A stretch of 64,000 nt of DNA from Takakia lepidozioides (taxonomy: Eukaryota; Plantae; Bryophyta). A program made the translations under genes and the position numbers. The stretch covers positions 20,460,001 to 20,524,000 of the forward strand of contig CM060734.1 in the NCBI GenBank assembly GCA_030704615.1, read 5' to 3'. Positions 60,001-64,000 of the stretch are shown here, in pieces. The notes below the pieces were generated by a model. That model saw only the letters and a program-made list of their open reading frames with translations, searched no databases and was not told the DNA's origin. Positions within the stretch are counted from its first letter, which is position 1. The number at the start of each line of letters is the position of its first letter.

Positions 60001-63000
60001 CTATCTCTGATCCCTCCCTTTGGCACATAGAGACGTTTTTGCTTATACCGGAGCAGTCCATTTTGCAAGTGGAACTGCGATTTAACCCCCATCCTCAAGT
60101 CCTGCATCACGGACTTCGCCAGCTCATCCTTCCGGTAAGCCTTCCGGATCTTCCTTTGGAGCGTCGTCTCGCCCTTGTACACCAACAAGAGCTGCTGCTT
60201 TCTACTTAAAGCATCGGCCACCACGTTGTCTCGTCCTGGTTTGTACTGGATATCCACGTCGAACACCGCCAAAGTATCTTGCCACCTAAGTTGTTTTGGG
60301 GACAACTTGGGCTGCGTGGCAAAATACTTCACCGTGACATTGTCCGTGAACACCTTCACTGGGTTGGAACCAACATAGTGGCGCCAAAGCTCAAGACAGT
60401 GCACCACCGCCTTCATCTCTTTTTCGTGCGTCGGCCACCGTCGCTCCACTTCATTCAGTTTCTTACTTTCGTAAGCCACTGGACGTTCATCTTGCATAAG
60501 TACACCCCCAATTGCGAAGTCCGACGCATCTGTATGAATCTCAAATGGACGATCGAACTCCGGGATTTTCAAGACTGGAGCTTCCGCCATCCGCTGCTTC
60601 AATTCAGCAAAAGCTTGGCCACAAAATGTGTTGCATACCCAGACTTTGGATTTACACAGAAGGTCCGACAGCGGCCCCGCGATCTTGGCGAAATTTCTCA
60701 CATACTTCCGGTAATAGGAGGCGAGTCCTAGGAAGGATCACACTCCCGGGACCGAAGTCGGAGGCTCCCAGTCCAAGATCGCCCTCACCTTTCTGTCATC
60801 CATTTTGATCCCCTCCTGCGTAATCACATGCCCCAAGAACTCCACTTTCGTGACCCCGAATTCGCATTTTGAAGCTTTGGCGTACAGCTTCCCTTCCCGC
60901 AACTTTTGGAACACCCTTTTGAGGTGCTCCAGGTGCTCCTCCTTTGTTTTCGAGTACACCAAGATGTCGTCGATGTACACGATCACAAAGTCATCCAACC
61001 ACTCCTGAAAAAGGCTGTTCATCAGCGTGCTAAAGGTCGCCGGTGCATTAGTGAGCCCAAAAGGCATCACCAAGAACTCATATGAACCATACCTTGTCCT
61101 GCACGCGGTCTTCTCCTCATCTCCTTCCGCCACCCGAATTTGATGATAGCCGGAGCGCAAGTCGATCCGGCTGAAATACTTCGCTCCTGCCAACCGGTCG
61201 AAAAGATCGTCGATCCTTGGCAAAAGGTACCGGTTTTTAATAGTCACCTTATTCAAAGCCCTGTAATCGACACACATCCGCAGCGTCCCATCCTTCTTGT
61301 CTGCGAATAGCACCGGGGCTCCGTAAGGTGACTTACTCGGCCGGATGTATCCCTTTGACATTAGATCCTTGAGCTGAGTCTTCAGCTCGACCAACTCTCT
61401 GTGGCTCAACCGGTAGGGCGCCTTGGCAGGCGGTTCTGATCCCGGTATCACCTCGATCTTGTGGTCAACTCCTCTTCGCGGTGGCAAGCCGCTTGGTAAA
61501 TCCTCCGGCATCACATCCTGTTATTTCTCCAAAATCCCCTTGATCCAATCTGGGCTCGGCTCCCCATCGCCTTCTCCCTTCACTTCTCTAATGTAAAGCA
61601 AAAACTGGGACTCGTGTGCCTCCTCCACGGCCCACTCTTTTGCTGACAGAAGGTTTATTCGCCCTCCCACGGATTTTGGCGTTTCCGACACTCGTAAAAC
61701 CTCGCCACCATTCCCACATGGCAGCGTGACTACTCTCTTGCGGCCATCTATGACCGCTCCGGATTTGCTCAAAAAGGTCATCCCCAAAATGAGATCCACT
61801 CCATCGATCTCGCAGATGGTGAAGTTATCACGTCCCTCCCAACTCCCCAGTTGAAGAGGAACATCAAACGCCAACCTAGTCGCCAACTGAGGTTCTCCTT
61901 TGGCAGAGCGCACCTCAATAGAGGCCCCCACGTCACTTGTCGGGAGTCCCAACTTTCGCGCCGCCGCCGGCGTCATGAAGGAGTGCGACCCTCCTGTGTC
62001 CACCAACAACGACACGTTAGTTCCGGATATTATCCCATCCACGAACAATAACTGACTCCATTTACGCAGGGCGCCAGTTTCCTGATACAACTCACAAGAA
62101 TAGTTGCCTACCTTGCAAGTCCTGGCAACCACCGCTTCCACCAAGCGACTGATGGTATCTTCCGACAGCTCCGTGGTTGCCCGAGTCATGTTCAATTGTC
62201 GAGGTTTTCTCACTTCTTGGCCATTGCCCGGGCTCCCCCAATTGAACACACTCCTCAAGGTTGCCTTCTGTCCGCCATAAGTCGCTCCACCCCCCCCTTT
62301 TCCTTTCGAAGCACCGGTGCCGCCTTGATGTGTGAAGGCCCTCCCTTCGATTTCCACGTGCCGTTGTCGCCGCGTGGCCTATCCCACTTCTTTTCCGGTC
62401 GGAAGGAGTCACCTTCCCGCCGGGTCTTCTTGTGGTTCAGCTCCGTACGTCCTTGTCTCTCACCCCTAGAGACATCCGAGAAACATTCAGCCCTCTCAAT
62501 TGCCTCGTTCAAAGTCTTGGGTGGCTTCTTCTCCAACTTCCGCCTGGCCCATGGGCCAGTCCCACCACAAAGTTGAAGACCATTTCTGGTTCTGCCATGT
62601 CCCGCGACTTCGAGCAACAGCACATTGAAAGCCTGGACATACCCCCGAATGTCATTTGTTTGCTTCAAATTCCTCATCTTGTCCCGGGCAAGCCAGGATG
62701 CGTTGAGGGGCACAAACTGTCTCTTCATCAATTCCTTGAACCCACTCCAGTTCAAGGTTTCCGGCTTGGGCCTCGTTGTGAAGGCGTTTCTACCACCATT
62801 GTTGAGCATAGCCCCTCAAATAGGTGGGAGCCACTTCCACCCGATCCTCGTCACTCAATTTGGCCGCCCGGAAGTACTGCTCTAGCTCCAGGAGCCAGGT
62901 GTTGAGTGCCTTCCGATTTCGAACGCCCTCGAAGGTGCCGGGTTCCTTAGGCTTCACCTTAAACTTTGCCTTAGTGGAAGTGGCATTAGCCGCCTTCAAC

Positions 63001-64000
63001 GCGTCTTTCAACGTCCCGCCAAACTGCGCCAACAACCCTTCCCAAAAGCTGCCGGCATGGGAGGCATCTCTTGGTTTGTCGGAGCTCTCAAGGATTCCTC
63101 GGCTCCGACTCCTCGGATTCCTCCCGCTCCTGAGCGGCCTCGTTTTCGGAACATTCATCGCTTCCTCAAACGGCCGCCTCGGTGACACGTCGCCCCCATC
63201 GGGCTCACCAGGATCATCATCTTTTGGGCCGTTCCGCTTTCGCTTTGGCTTGCCCGACCCCATGATGAGGCCAACCCCAAGGACGATCGCGTACTGAACT
63301 CTAAGCTCTGATACCAAGTGTCGCGCACCTCACTTCGGTAAGCTCCCCTTCAAGTCATAGTTACTCGCTTTGATGCACGCGCCTGATTCCCAACCCGGCC
63401 GCCCGGGCCGACTTGGAGCTTCGGCTGCTCACCGGGACATAACGGTCCCCCTTCACTACCCTCTCGACCCTCCACCTATTTGGGACTAGGAGAATTCCCT
63501 TTGGTAGATGGCAGTCCGGAACAGCTCCCCACTCTTGGTCGCTTTCCGGCTCGCTCGCTTACTCACTAGTTTTTGGTCACCAACGGGCTTGCACCGTTCT
63601 CGGGGTTACTACTCCTATATATACTTCTGTAGCTGTCCGCGGGGGTTTCACAACCAGCCATGCCATTTTATGGCGAACCACCACGAAGACCCTCGATTCC
63701 CGGTGGTGAGTCGCAGTGAGTCTTGGCCCACTCACCGCGGCCCCAATGGACCGTGATGAGTCCCAAGACTCCCCACGACTCCCACCTCGAGGTCTCCACC
63801 CCATGGTGAGTCCTATGCCACCCCCACTAAGTCCCGCTAAGCTACCACCACCCCTTGTGGAGCCACCCCCACTGCAACCCGGTGTGCAGGGCTCCACCTA
63901 GTGAGTGCCTCCGCCTCCTTGAGTGCCTTGGGCACTCAAGGGTGCTTCAGCCCCCCCATACCTATCGCTGCCGCTGCCCCCCACCACAGGGGCAGCCCCT
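57100..64000 (-). mobile_element. Chromovirus copy 6 (5' LTR runs off the window)
   Basis: 3' LTR 57100-57825; 5' LTR from 63319; PBS 63305-63316; the two LTRs share diagnostic variants (CCCACTGCAA, GTGAGTGCCTCC). Confidence 0.93.
58731..63263 (-). pseudogene. gag-pol of copy 6 with stops and many indels in gag
   Basis: ORFs 58731-60701, 60738-61514, 61521-62357, 62255-62809 and 62790-63317; 7-codon deletion at KARKR/KRRE. Confidence 0.9.

Overview
Eukaryotic DNA that looks like a non-seed land plant (bryophyte-like; inferred, not proven). The window is mostly a nested transposon cluster next to one host gene. It holds six copies of one Ty3/gypsy chromovirus family (Galadriel-like, ~720-bp LTRs, tRNA-iMet PBS, single gag-pol ORF with a C-terminal chromodomain). 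Four of these are stacked inside each other across 9871-46512 and can be ordered by their target-site duplications (TSDs). One copy (34096-41064) is intact and young. Inside the oldest copy is an 11.4-kb Mutator-like DNA transposon (12024-23418; 9-bp TSD, imperfect TIRs) carrying two divergent genes. One is a GCM-like/DDE/SWIM transposase. The other is an intron-containing cargo gene joining a ParB/Srx-like domain (DGNHR) to a beta-class N6A/N4C DNA-methyltransferase-like domain. The two large introns of the cargo gene hold arrays of a 22-bp palindrome (TGAATGTCGT-TG-ACGACATTCA) that is much better conserved than the sequence between copies. This ParB-MTase plus parS-like palindrome module inside a plant MULE is the best candidate for an undescribed system. 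Both genes are disrupted in this copy. The window also contains a TA-flanked MITE with a tRNA-derived SINE inside it, a four-exon PUX10-like gene, two CACTA-type termini and a scrambled gypsy remnant with a PHD-finger integrase. All calls were made by eye from the sequence and ORF track; no database searches were run.
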